DNA of 64,000 bases from Stegostoma tigrinum (GCF_030684315.1 NC_081376.1:22363018-22427017), one strand, 5' to 3'; shown: positions 34,701 through 61,504, counted from the first letter of the stretch. Notes: generated by a model not told the origin, from the letters alone. Numbers and translations: made by a program.

Positions 34701-37700
34701 TGGGTCTGAGGGGGCTGTCAGGTTTGTGTACTTTGGGTATTCCATAGAATCAACAGGGTGTTTGACGCATCGGGTTTCACTTTTAGGAAGTCTATTCCAA
34801 TTTTGTAATGTTGTAATTCCTTTCATGTAGAGGTGAGTCTGTTCCCTATCTGTGGTGTGAGGTCTGACTCCCTCTGTTGGTATCTGCAAATAGTTTAATG
34901 CAGCCCGATTTCTTCTTCACAACCATCAAGCAGCCTGTGTCTGCTGGTAAGATTATGATGTTCCTGTCCTTCTTTTGTCCTTTGAGGGCTTTCTTTCTGA
35001 TGTGTTGATTGTGTTTGCCTGGCTTCTCCTGTTCAGCATAGGGTTTATGGTTTGATGGAATGTTTATTATATTTCGTCTGAGTCCATTAGATTTCAGTGT
35101 AGTCACGAGCATCGCCAGGAAGTCCGTTTTCTTGACGTCCTTATAATTATAGTTGAATCCCTGTATTAGGACAGTTTCCTCGGTGTCTGTAAGGGGTCTA
35201 TCTAATAAATTTCTTATCCACGTGTCTGGTTTGTTCTTGTCATTACTGTGCATCAGTTTCATCAGTTTTTCTTGTAGTGAGAGTCTCTTCTTGGTTCTGG
35301 TCCTGTTTTGCTTAACCCTGATGGCCTCTTCAAGAGTTGTGATCATATATTCGTTGGTCAAGTTCAAGTATAGAGATTTCTGGTGCAAAATTTCTCATTT
35401 GTATTTATGGAGGCAGTCATGGGCGTCCATTATCATAACTTATAGCACCCTGCAGATGTTTTTCCAGCTGTTTTTCTTGTTTATGGGCTGTTAAATGGGG
35501 GTGGGGGTGGTTTTATTCAACGATGTGAGGTAGTACCTGGTTTGAGGCATTCTAGCAGAAAACGGAGTTGCTCACAGATAGCACTCAGCCGACTGGCATA
35601 GGTTTCCCATTTTCGGACTTGTTTGAGTGTGTTTCACCTGTAGGTGTTTAACGAAGATCTGTAGCTCAGGTTGCAGTTGGATTTATTGGTTGGCTTGCCG
35701 AAACGACTGGTTTTCATGCAAATGTTTTGTCTCCCTTCTAGGTGACATCGTCTCCTAAAAATGAAACCTGATGGGTCAAATGCCCCCCGATTCAACAGAC
35801 TACACAAAGTACACAAACCTGACATCCCCCTCAGACCCATAGTTTTCCTGCCAGACAAACCAACACACAAGCTAGCCAAGGAGTAACAACAGAGACTGAA
35901 ACGCCTCACCAATGGATTGAGCCACTCCATACGCTCAGCACAGGAAGTGCTGGACAACATCATGAACATAAAAAATCGACAAGGTGGAAATGATGGTATC
36001 CTTTGACATTACAGCACTATTCACCTCTATCGACATGACATTGGCCACATTGCTGGACAATCCGAAAATACAAACCTCCAATGAAACTATCAAAAAGGAC
36101 AACATGCTAAAATTACTAGATCTATGCCTTACCACACACTTCGTCTTTAATGGCCAGGTATGTGAACAAATTAATAGAACATGTATGGGTCCACCCACCT
36201 CGGGGCTCATAAGGGATGCTGTAATGCAAAGACTGGAGCACACAGCACTCCCCCAGATCCAGCCTAAACTATGGGTTAGCTACATGGACAACACTTTCCT
36301 GATCATTAAATGAGCAAAGTTAGAAGAAACACACCGCTTTATTAACAGCATATTCACCAGGATCAGGTTCGCCATGGAAGAAGAGAACAACAATCAACTC
36401 AAGTTTCCAGACGTAATGGTGGAATGAAGAACAACAGGGAATTCCTTACCAGCCTATACAGAAAGACTACACACAGACCAAATCCTGAATTACAACAGTA
36501 ACCACCCCAGCATCCACAAACAGCTCCAAAGAGCTGTGTCAAGACTCAGTTCTGAGGAAAGGTCACCAGACCTGAAACAAAAACTCTGTTTTTTCGTTCA
36601 CAAATACCGTCAGACCTTTTGAGCTTTTCCAGCAACTTTGTTTTTATGTCAAGACTCTGTTTAAACCAGCGATAACTCACCACAACACTCCGGAGCTGTG
36701 CAAAAACGAAGAGGAATACCTGTACAGAGTGTTTGCAAACAATAGTTATCCTAACAGCTTCATCCGCTGATGCTTGGCAAACAAATAATATAAAGAAGAC
36801 ACAGTACATCTCAACACACTGGCCACCCTCCCCTACGTTAAAAACACATCAGAACTGACTACAAGACTCCTACACCCTCTTGGAATAAGGATAGCACACA
36901 AACCAACAGCCACACTTCACCATTACTCTCAAAGACAAAAGACTCCATCCCCACAACGAGCAGGACAAATGTGATATATAAAATACCATGCAGTAAACTG
37001 CAAGAAACACTACATAGGACAGCCAGGCAGGAAACTTGCCACCAGGATACATGAACACCAACTTGCAGCAAAATAGCACAACCAATCTCCCTCATTTCAA
37101 CACACTCCAACATAGAAGAACATCAATTTGACTGGGATGAAGTTACCGTACTAGGTCAAGCAAGACAAAGAGAAGCACGAGAATTCCTAAAGGCCCGGTT
37201 TTCAAACACCAAAGCAATTAACAAACATGTTAAAATAGTAACCAAAAGAGCTGTGGATGCTATAAATCAGGAACAAAAACAAAGTTGCTAGAAAAGCTCA
37301 GTAGGTCTGGCAGCGTCTGTGAAGAAGAAAGGGTTCTGAGGAATGGTCACTGGACCTGAAACATTAACTTTTTTTCTCCTTCACAGATGCTGCCAGACCT
37401 GCTGAGCTTTTCCAGCAATTTTGTTTTTGTTCCATGTTAACATTGACCCCATCTACATGCCACTGTGGTACAAAACCAGAAAAATGACTGCCCAGACCAT
37501 ATAAATTCAGAATGGGACAGAACAAGTGCTTCAAAGAGGGCTACACAGCACTGATGATGTCCCCTAGAAGGGAGATGAAATGTTTGCATGAAAACCAGTC
37601 AGCTCGGCGAACCAACCAACAACTCCAGTTGATCTAGCTCTTGTCAGATAGCTGCATACCTCTACTTTGCAATTTTGCTTGACCAACAACACTCGTTGAG

Positions 37701-40700
37701 AGAGTCAGTACATCTTATACGACACTAACACTTCATGGCAATCACCTCACCACTACACTAACCAACATGTGCCATCTAAAAGAAAACATACCTCTTCAAG
37801 ACATTCCACAGCACAATCCTCATTCACCACCTCTGACTGACTGACATGGCAGCACTGTGTAGGTTGTTCCTCCTTTTCTGGATATTCCATTGCAGACAGA
37901 GTGCCTTTTCCATTCGTTAATGGCACCTCTCCTTCAACAGACGTTTGTAACCCTTCCTCACAGTTGCTATCATTATTCTGTGACAGTATGTCAGTTTGGG
38001 AGGAGTTCTGGTTTCCACAGCTGTTTTGAGAATGTTTTGCAGAACCTGATGCAGGAGTGAAGCCAAGCGAAGGAAAAACAGGGCTACTTGCATCTTGTTC
38101 ACACTGGTGGACCCTCCCTACCTGTGGAGTACAGGAAGGTGTTGACAGCAGAACACTGGAAGATAGTTTATAGCTAGATGTAGTTTTTGGTGTTTTCTGA
38201 TCAGAAGGACAAATGACATCATCTGATGCTGATTTCTCTGCAGTCCTGTTGATTTCCTTGCAATCCAAACTCTCTAGGTGAAAAACATATGTCTATTAAT
38301 GGATTTGACACAAGATCATTATCAACTTACATTCAGTTTTAAAATGGATGACTGGTACATATTTTCTAACAATTCATTACAGAACATCATTGGCAAGGGT
38401 CCTTTTCACAGAGTGGGGTCCAAGATTTAAATCTCCTAGGTAAGCATTTATTGTCTACCCTCAGATGCTCTAAAAATGTGTTAAGGCACTTTCCTGACCT
38501 CCTGCAGCCCTAGTGATTAATATACTCCCAAAGGGAACGTGCGGGGGGAGTTCAAGTGTTGGTGAAGAAGCAGTGATAGGCTTCTTCACAGAAAAATCAA
38601 ATGACACACATATATGGCAACAATCAAAACTAAAAGAATCTCAATCACATAAATTTTCATTACAACAACAATAAATTTGTCATTTATCTTCTGTTCACCA
38701 ATCCATGAGTGAAATAGAACAGACTGCCCCACCCACCAAGCAGCATTACTAGCAGGCATATTGTCAGTCATTGGAGAACTGCAGTTCAGCCTGCTCATTC
38801 ACACAGAATATCTCTACCACTGTTACACGTCAAAATGCACGCACTTTACAGTTATATGCATAAAGATTTGTACTGTAAGGGTGTGATTTATAAATAGCTT
38901 ATTTACACAAGCTCTGTCTGCATTATGAAGCAGTACATGTCCTAACTCTGTCAAAGTATATTGGTTAATAATGATAAATTATTTAAGAGAAAATAAATTG
39001 GGCATTTAACAAACAATGTAACTGGTGCATTTTCAAGAACATTGAGATCTACTGTTTATGGGAATGACTGGGCCATCTTACTTTGTAGGCGGCGTTCTTC
39101 AAAGTTTTCTACATTTTGTTTGCTGTTTCGTGAATGTGGGCTGTCACATTTCCCTATATCCCCATTCTCAGTTTTCACCTGTGTTTCCGTAGCACAGTTA
39201 AACATATTATGCTGGGATGGAAGAAGCAATTTCCTCAATGACTCTGCTTTTAATTTCTCTTTAAGTTGACCATATTCCTCATCGGGGAGGTCAAAATCCT
39301 GGACCTCCAGACTGTGAAATAGCTTTTTGACAACAGGCTTTTTGACAGAGAGTAATGGTTCCGAGCATGTAAGGGTTCCCTCTTCAAGTCCTGTGTTGAG
39401 CTTCCTTAAGCCAGCACGTGTTCTGCGATAAGAGTTACCTACTGGGCAAACACAAGTCGTATTACATCAGCACTTGCAAATGCATATGGAAATTGACAGG
39501 CAGGCAAAGGCCAAACAGTACCAAGACTGCCCCACAATCACAATTTAACCATACTGAGGCTTCCATAATCTCAGAAGTTCAGTAAATCATTAAATGGGCA
39601 GTGTAAATATACAGGTCAGAGCTAATCACTATTGCCCAAATTTTTATTTAATTCTACATCTATAGTGCAGATGAGATGAGGACACCAGGATCCCTTTAAC
39701 ATTAACCTATTCCACAAAATGGAGGTCTCGTATGTCATCTATTACAGAACAGCGGATATCTCCAGTATCTGGTCATCTAGATTTTCGTCCTACTGTTGTA
39801 AAAACCATAAACTTCTCACAATTGTTATAGTTCTTAATAAGTTAGCATCATCAGACTTATTGCTCTTTGATTAAAGATAAGGCTAAACAAAACATGCTTT
39901 TCCTTGAATATTAAGTTGTACACCCAAGATCACTGCAATTTCTTTGGTCACGAGGCCCAACTCTTACAACAGTGGCTACTGTAATACATGTCACAAATTA
40001 CAACTATTGACTGTGAAGCATCAAGACCTCCTAAGGTTGTTTAAAAAAAAGGTGCTTGTGAAGTGCAACCTCTTTCCTTCTCCTAAATAAAGGCTAATAC
40101 ACACTATCCACTCTGTCAGGTCAGAATTAATCAGGAGACTTGCTGTCACACCTTTAAAAATACAATAATGGAAATCTACTTTGAGCTTACCTTTTGACAG
40201 CCTCACCCTCCTTTTGGGCTGAGACACCTGGCATAGAGATTCCTCAGTGTATGAATCAGTTCCCAATGGTAAAGACTGTCTTGTACCTCTGAAACTCTTA
40301 TTCCTTGCTGTGCTAAAAAAGGAATCTTGCTGAGTCTCTGGGATCAATTCTTGACTGTCAGTGGCACTATTTAAGCCTGAATGATGCTCTGACAGAGTGA
40401 ATATAGACTCCTTGTTCACAGTTGACAGATCAATTGAATTCCCTTTGAAAGATTCTACTAACATATTACTGGTCTGGTTTTCAGAGTTCTGTAATGATTC
40501 CACAATATGCTCAGAATCATACTGAGAGGGGTTGGAACCCTTGACAGTAAAGTTAGTAATATTTGAAAAACGACGAGCACCCAACTTATTAACAGCACTT
40601 CCACATAATTCATCCACATCAGACACCGACTGACAAGGGTTACTTTCATTCTCCTTGCTATCTCTCTCCTTTTGAACTTCAGAAGTCATAGCACACTGAA

Positions 40701-43700
40701 CATCATTAGGAAGTCTGTGGTTATTCAAGGTCCACTCTACAAGCTCATCTTTAAACACTTCATTATCAGTGAGTTTGGGTTTTGTGGATTCTTCTCTCTC
40801 ACTTTTTCTCTCTTTTTCTGGACTTGATTTAATTTTCTGAGCATCAATACCAATATTCGAGGGGCACAGTGAGTCCAGCTGTGAAGTATCTGCATCAGAT
40901 ACAGCAATACCATCCTCCTGACTGTTAAAAAGTAATAATGTGTTGCTGAGCTCTCCCTCAGACTTGGGAAAGCCTTTTACAGGATTGCTCTGGTCACGAG
41001 TCAATTTCCTAGACCTTCCCCTACCACCATTTCTGCATTTTCCCAAGTGGCTGTGAATCACTGCATCCAGATCCACTTGTCGCTGACAGTTGGTCATGCG
41101 TCGAGTTGTTCGTACGTAGTACTCAACAGGGAAGAGAAGGCCCTCGACAAGGGTACAAGAGTTCAGTGGGGTCTCTTCCGAAGCTTCAGCTGCAGCAGTA
41201 CTTTCCTGAAGACAATCTGGATTTAACACTGCTGACTTATTTGCAAGATTGCTCTCAGAAGCTTCAATGAGATCCTCAGAGCAGTTTTTCATTACTTGCT
41301 GTTGTTGGGCATCTTCCGTCAGGACGTTGAGGTCTCTTGAACTGAAAGCTTTATTTTCACAAGCAGACACTCCTATAGACTTATCACCAGGACTGCAGTA
41401 AACCGAGCCATTCACAGTGCTGCCCAAGGATAAGATCAAACAATCGCCTTCCACCTCCTGCACTCCATTTTTGAATGATTTAAACTGTTCTTTACCTTGA
41501 GAAGAATCAAGGAATGTTCTATGCTCCACAATTTCCTTTACATCCCCATATTCTAATGTAGAGGCATTTGTATCCCTGTCAAAGTTGTAAGATCTTACAG
41601 GCTCTTTGTAAAGAGGTGAATCCAGTTCCTCTATTTCTTTATCACAGGATTTTCCATCAGCAGCTAGAAATTCATTCTGCTCACTGGCTGCTTCCTTTCT
41701 CAGCATTTCACATGACCTCCTTTTTTTCAGCTTCAGACGACTGTGAACTTGACTGTTTTTCTTTGCATTGGGGATTGTTTGCACAACGGGGGAAAGGGTG
41801 GGATCTGTTGAAGGGTCTTCAACTCTTTCAAATGTGCTTGCCAAAGCCACATTTGGGCTACTGATGACTTCTATGATTTCCGGTTCAAGATTAAAACTCA
41901 CAGCTGATCTCTTCTCTTTGCTTTCTTCTACTGGGACTCGGTTTCTCTGACAAGAAGAGCTTGACTGACATACATCCAAAAATGATGAGGCCTCACCTTT
42001 ATAAAAACAAAAAGAAATTCAGGAAATACATTAGGGCCTGAATTTATTTTTATTGTGGGAGGGGGAGGAGAGGAGGCAGCTAGATACACAATCTGAATAC
42101 AAAGGCAAGCGGCACCAAAACATATTTTTGACAACACTGATGTAACCACTATAAATTTACCAAAAAGAAAAACGGTCTGAGGAATCACAGAATCCCTATG
42201 GTGTGGAAAGAGGCCATTCAGCCCATCAAGTACACATCTCCTCCTATTCCTGGGTGAATGATCTGCTAAGGTGGTTCATCTTATATGAGATGGCTAATAC
42301 CAGTGCCATTTTCAAAGCAGAGATAACAGAAACTGCAAATGCTGCAGAATCCAAGATAACGAGGTGTGGAGCTGGATGAACACAGCAAGCCGAGCAGCAT
42401 CTTAGAGGCAGGAAAGCTGATGTTTTAGGCCTAGACCCTTTATCAGTTTTTCTGATGAAGGGTCTAGGCCCGAAACGTCAGCCTTCTTGCTCCTAAGATG
42501 CTGCTCGGCCTGCTGTGTTCATCCAGCTCCACACCTTGTATCTCCCATTTACAAATCACTTGGTGATAACAGAGAGCAAGTTAACTTGCAAATGTCACTT
42601 GCACAGAGTGCAAGCATTGCCTAGTGAGATGTCATCTGACAGGTTTCATTTCCTATTGGAAACCCCACCACTGAGGCCACTATGATTGAGAAGAAGTCAA
42701 GTGATCCACCCAAAGTTTAAGTAATTTGCTGAAAACCTACCAGTCTTCAATGGAGTTATGCTCTGCTCTTCCAACAGATGATTCTGGTGCATTATGGTGC
42801 TTTTAACATGATTCCGCACCCGTTCAGCTTTCTGAGCACGCTAGTGGCAAAAAAATGAAGGAAAAAGAAAAGAGTTTAATATTAGACTGTCCAACATAAA
42901 GTCAGCAAGAGGGATGCCTTGACTATGGGTTCTAATTCTTTAGTGGGACTTAAACCTACAGCCTCTAACACAGAAGTACATGTCATTTCCAAAAAGTTTC
43001 TATTTCACCGCAGGCTTAATGTATGTTCAGCGCTTTAACTAGAGCTTGATACCACACCCACAGCCTGACACGATATGCTGCTTGACATGATATATTGTAA
43101 TTAAATCCCAAATCATTTTAGTGTAAAGATTTCTCCTCAGCCACATCAACAGAACATAGAACATAGGACAACATAGAACACAGCGCAGAATAGGGCCTTC
43201 GGCCCTCGATGTTGCACCAGCCTATCAACTAATCTAAGCCCCTCCCCCTACATTATCCCATAGACAACCACTTAACTATCTAAATAGTCAGGATAGACAT
43301 TGAAAATGCTCAAAGTATACAACAGGTATAATCTGGACTGATAGTTCATCTTTGGAACACTGACTGCACTTCAAATGACTAGTCTCCCTTCTCAAAGGCT
43401 AAGCTACCAGAATGAAGAACCCAAACCAGAATATCAACTATTATGCTAATTCCAGCCTAACTTATTGTACGTTTTCAATTTTTAGTTTCAATTCACTTTT
43501 CTTTAGTTAAGTACTTTATGAGCTGTAAAACACATTGAGGTGTTGTGAGCTGCTGAAAGCCTTTAAATTTATTGGCTTCTCTACCTCCCAAGGAAGATGA
43601 GAACTGTTGAATGAACAAGAGGATCTGCTCCAACACATTCACCTTGTCATCATGGAAGTTGCATGATATAAAAGTGCTTGAATTACTGCGAATCGAAGCA

Positions 43701-44022
43701 TTCTGTCTATCAATTAGCATGCTGAACTTTGGGATTCACAGGCATCTGTTCCGCTAAAGTCATATGGCACCCATACGTCTGAAAGGTCTCAAGGATAAGT
43801 GTGATGTTGTGAGAAGGGGACATTTACCTGTAACTTATGGACTGTTTTTGCATATTCTTTCTTCAACAAGGCCAGCCTTTCTTTGAGCTGTAAACGAAAT
43901 GATTATATAATGTTTATATAATTTTTACTGTGGTTAAGATGTTGTGAATTTAACAGCGTTGACTTTTGTTTTACCTGCTCCCTGGTTTCCCAGCTCAGGG
44001 GTTTTTTCACACTATGCTCCAT
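19489..44022 (-). CDS. PALB2: Partner and localizer of BRCA2, 14 coding exons, ~1312 aa
   Basis: Exons 43975-44022, 43828-43887, 42741-42840, 40191-41996, 39082-39438, 37792-38273, 32782-32871, 31369-31530, 30270-30355, 27942-28100, 26488-26604, 22339-22426, 20601-20758, 19489-19714 (3939 nt, phases consistent). N-terminal coiled coil [23 protein letters not shown], ChAM motif [19 protein letters not shown]15-binding [11 protein letters not shown]-terminal WD40 exons. Confidence 0.95.
20601..20758 (-). CDS. PALB2: PALB2 exon 13 (WD40)
   Basis: [54 protein letters not shown]|gtaaga. Confidence 0.92.
22339..22426 (-). CDS. PALB2: PALB2 exon 12 (WD40)
   Basis: [29 protein letters not shown]|gtaagg, 88 nt. 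Confidence 0.92.
23830..25520 (+). mobile_element. Decayed CR1-type LINE
   Basis: ccagaggactggaaa...acacccttgttcaaaaaggg; LEYC..FW-like and [17 protein letters not shown] remnants. Confidence 0.75.
26488..26604 (-). CDS. PALB2: PALB2 exon 11 (WD40)
   Basis: [40 protein letters not shown]|gtaagt, 117 nt. Confidence 0.92.
27942..28100 (-). CDS. PALB2: PALB2 exon 10 (WD40)
   Basis: [54 protein letters not shown]|gtcaga. Confidence 0.92.
30270..30355 (-). CDS. PALB2: PALB2 exon 9 (WD40)
   Basis: ttgcag|[30 protein letters not shown]|gtaaga, 86 nt. Confidence 0.92.
31369..31530 (-). CDS. PALB2: PALB2 exon 8 (WD40)
   Basis: [54 protein letters not shown]|gtaagg, 162 nt. Confidence 0.92.
31740..32630 (+). 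mobile_element. Decayed CR1-type LINE 3' end
   Basis: [18 protein letters not shown]; cttgagtactgtgtacagc; CR1-like 3' tail. Confidence 0.75.
32782..32871 (-). CDS. PALB2: PALB2 exon 7
   Basis: ctgtag|[30 protein letters not shown]|gttagt. Confidence 0.85.
33255..35752 (-). mobile_element. Near full-length decayed Penelope-like element (Poseidon-type) with a terminal repeat at both ends
   Basis: ORF pieces [62 protein letters not shown], then GIY-YIG region; repeat gtcacctagaagggagaYRaaacatttgcatgaaaaccagtc at ~33290-33340 and ~35700-35750. Confidence 0.88.
36548..36646 (+). mobile_element. Family 2 single-arm element nested in the Poseidon PLE, 11-bp TSD
   Basis: TSD tgtcaagactc at 36537-36547 and 36647-36657; absent from the sister copy at ~34000-34020. 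Confidence 0.85.
37238..37432. mobile_element. Family 2 hairpin element nested in the Poseidon PLE
   Basis: Inverted arms (aaaagctcagtaggtctggcagcgtctgtgaag / cttcacagatgctgccagacctgctgagctttt); catgttaa on both flanks. Confidence 0.8.
37548..37588 (+). ncRNA. Minimal hammerhead-like motif at the Poseidon PLE 3' terminus (decayed)
   Basis: gca-CUGAUGA-uguc ccc uagaa ggg agau-GAAA(U)-GUU-ugc; stem I gca/ugc. Confidence 0.5.
37792..38273 (-). CDS. PALB2: PALB2 exon 6
   Basis: cacctag|...[13 protein letters not shown]...[13 protein letters not shown]...VECLEE|gtatgt; within ORF 37753-38268. Confidence 0.85.
39082..39438 (-). CDS. PALB2: PALB2 exon 5 (FxLP MRG15-binding motif)
   Basis: cagtag|...[27 protein letters not shown]...RLQ A|gtaaga. 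Confidence 0.85.
40191..41996 (-). CDS. PALB2: PALB2 exon 4 (large exon containing ChAM motif)
   Basis: Overlaps the 652-aa ORF 40021-41979; [39 protein letters not shown]; acceptor ataaag|, donor AAAG|gtaagc. Confidence 0.92.
42317..42544. mobile_element. Hairpin mini-element, family 1
   Basis: Inverted arms centred near 42449; probable TSD ccattt(t/a)caaa at 42306-42316 and 42545-42555. Confidence 0.85.
42741..42840 (-). CDS. PALB2: PALB2 exon 3
   Basis: cactag|[34 protein letters not shown]|gtaggt. Confidence 0.9.
43828..43887 (-). CDS. PALB2: PALB2 exon 2 (BRCA1-binding coiled coil)
   Basis: ttacag|[20 protein letters not shown]|gtaaat, 60 nt. Confidence 0.93.
43975..44022 (-). CDS. 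PALB2: PALB2 exon 1
   Basis: [16 protein letters not shown]|gtaaaa, 48 nt. Confidence 0.9.
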
Positions 44023-44526
44023 TATGCCCAGAGGAAGGGCTATTAACTATTCCTCCGAATGTTAGTGAAAATGAGGGAAGGAGACCACCGAACCTTCACT
44101 CCAGACGAACTGAAGTGAGCGAGGGGAGGCGGCTAACGGACTATCAATCCCCCCCGCCAATTCTAACCAATCCGAATACAGATTCCCCATTTGTCCCGCC
44201 TTCCCCGTTAGCTGATTGGAGAAACGGCAGGGCCACGCCTAGACGCTATTGGTCATTGCCAACTTCAATCATTAAAGGTCTTGGCGCTTCTACGACTTAA
44301 AATAATATTTTTGGCAGCGTGACATCTCTGAACAGTGTGACTAGAAAAATAGGTTAAATATTGCCCATTATTCGGGGATGTCAGTTCAACGAAAGGGAAT
44401 TAAAAGAAGCACGGTGGACTGATTATTTTCATTCTGGCCTTTGCCTTGGGGTCTTTTTGCCCCCGGAAGTGCTCATTGTGTTTCCGGCTGAAACGGGGAG
44501 GCGGTCGCTCCGACAGATGACCGAGG
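44023..44526. promoter_or_regulatory. Bidirectional promoter / 5'UTRs of PALB2 and DCTN5
   Basis: Divergent ATGs ~500 bp apart; CpG-rich; CCAAT/ATTGG boxes at ~44167, ~44215, ~44248; GC boxes (cccgcc) ~44153, ~44195; ETS-type CCGGAAGTG ~44463; E2F-like TTGGCGC 44281. Confidence 0.8.
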
Positions 44527-59238
<14,712 letters not shown>

Positions 59239-61504
59239 GACATGGCTTTACTTCAGAGCATTAAGAGTACAGGTAAGATGATCAGTAGTACCTTGTGCTA
59301 GTGAAGCACTTAGTGAAAATCAGCATATACTAGGTTTGAAAACAAGATTTGATTTAATATTTAAGGTGCTCTTGTTTCATTCCAGCCCCGTCTGAATTCT
59401 TGATCTCCAAGGTCGATTTGAGACCCCATTATTATTTTTTTTTCGTCTGTGGACCAAATCCTGAAGTTTTTATTTCCTTTGTGATTTGCTTGACTCTCTT
59501 CTGACTCCTGTAGAAATATTGATTTCTCTTTAAAGCATTTTCCTTTTGAAAACTGTTGATCTGTTCTCATCCCTCTAACCAGAGTAAAACAATTTACAAC
59601 TAGATCTCCGCTAGATTTTAAAGAGGTGCACTGAGCTAGGAGTTACTGAATAGCCAGTGCTACTGATTAAGAAGGGTGCCAGAAACATTAGGACTTGACC
59701 ATTCTCTCAACTTTCCATTCTGACAGTACTAAGTTGTCACAGGTGCCATCGTCCAAATATGGCATTAAACCAAGGCCCTGTCTTTGTGTCAATAGATGTT
59801 CAAGATCCTAGATATTGTGACATGATATGTATGTAAATAGTTTTGTTTTCCTGACCAACAACCTTCATCAACTATGACTGGTCATCCATGATCCAGTATC
59901 TGTCTATACAAAATGAACATATAATATATAGCTATGTAATGTTGTCTGGTGCATTGTAACTAAATATAAAGCATTCTAGGAAATTTATGATTAAATACAT
60001 GTATTTAGTGACTGATGTTCCAGTGCTTATCTGACTCAGCATTTCTACCCTATCCCACCCCAAACTAATTTTGAAAAATCACTTATTCACAACTGCAAAT
60101 TGTTCTTTCAGTTTTTTCCAACATTTGTTTGGAGGCAGTGTTTGATTTGTCTTGAAAGTTTAGTATAGGGCTGCTATATTTTACAAGCCAACAATGCTTA
60201 AGGACCTAGCTGGATTCATTTGTTCTCAAATTTGCTCATGTACAATTCTGCTTGCTGTGCATAATCTAAATATATATCCAGTGAGATAAGACATGTCGTC
60301 TGTTGATAGTTGATAATTTAATCAATTCTTAACAGTCTTTTAGGATTGTGCAATCCTAACTCTGTCACCATGTTTTTTGTTCTTTGTATAAACCAGCCAA
60401 ACTCTTTCATTTAATCCTGGTTTTTAAACTCACTCTTACTGAGCGTCCATCATTCTACATTTAATTTTACTTTTCTTGTTGCAGAATCCAGTTAATTGGG
60501 AACCTGAAAGTGAACAGCTGGAAAAACAGGGCCCAAATTCTGCCCGAGCACTTCAAAGTGATGGAGTGGCTCTAACATGGAGAAGCTCAAGTCTTCCAAA
60601 TGATAAATGTGTTCAACTTTGGTCTGATGAAGATTTGCTGCTGCTCCACACTGGGAGTGATTCTCTTTGTCTACGTAGCCTTCAGTTCGATGCTAAAGCA
60701 TAAATAGGCTCTGTATAATACCAGAGAAAATTCAGACCCTAAAGAATATACTTATTTGACTAAATGTTAAATCACTGATCCTCCTACACACTTTAACTGG
60801 ATTTAATCCCTTTCTAATTTGGAAAAGACTTCAATTGTGACTGAATGTAAAGATTGTACGAGTTCTGTCTTTAGAATTCACTTACACTAGGTATAATGTT
60901 GGTCTGAAATGCCCTTCTGATTAACTGGTACTTACTATTTGCGAAGTTCGTGACTTTAGTCTGCTTGACTACCAACACCAGTTGGAATTCTCACTGATTC
61001 AGTTATTACTCGGATCTCTAGCGGGCAGGATTCTTGGAAAACAGTGAGTAGTGCAACATGCAGCATTATGTCAGGGCTTTGGCTGTTTCTTGGAACCTGG
61101 TGAGAACTAAGGGGTGGATAGGTGTATAGTAGGGCGTCAGCCCTCCTTTCGAAATAGCAGTCATGCTTGGTTACCTAAAATGTAACTAGGTTGTATGACA
61201 GAACTTTCATTTAAGACCAATTCCTCAGGCAAGGCATGTTGCCTGATGAAATAGTATGACCCAAGGGAATTGACACCACGGGGAAACTAAAGGATAGGCA
61301 GCATTTTGTTTGAGCTTTAACTAACAAATAAAATTTAGTTTTTCAGGCTACTGCAGTGAGCATGCTATGTGATAAATTTAACCCTACTTACAGTTATGTG
61401 CAGTATCGTCTAGCATAGCTATGTGCACTTTAATCCTTCTAACTAAAGATGTAACAGTCCAGATTTGGGGATCTTGAGGCAAGCAAATAGAGTACAAGTC
61501 AGTG

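Larger units (their letters stand above)
35755..37630 (+). mobile_element. 5'-truncated inverted copy of the same Poseidon-type Penelope element
   Basis: [14 protein letters not shown]...YMDNTF (ORF 35984-36313), VIYKIPC...[15 protein letters not shown] at ~36970-37060, terminal repeat at 37545-37630; reverse complement of ~33255-34800. Confidence 0.88.

Noticed and set aside
33255-37630. Intact autonomous Penelope ORF
   Set aside because: Broken into short ORFs in several frames and interrupted by nested insertions.
40021-41979. 652-aa ORF as a standalone novel gene
   Set aside because: It is PALB2 exon 4 read past its splice sites; it starts at TTG and has a flanking acceptor and donor.
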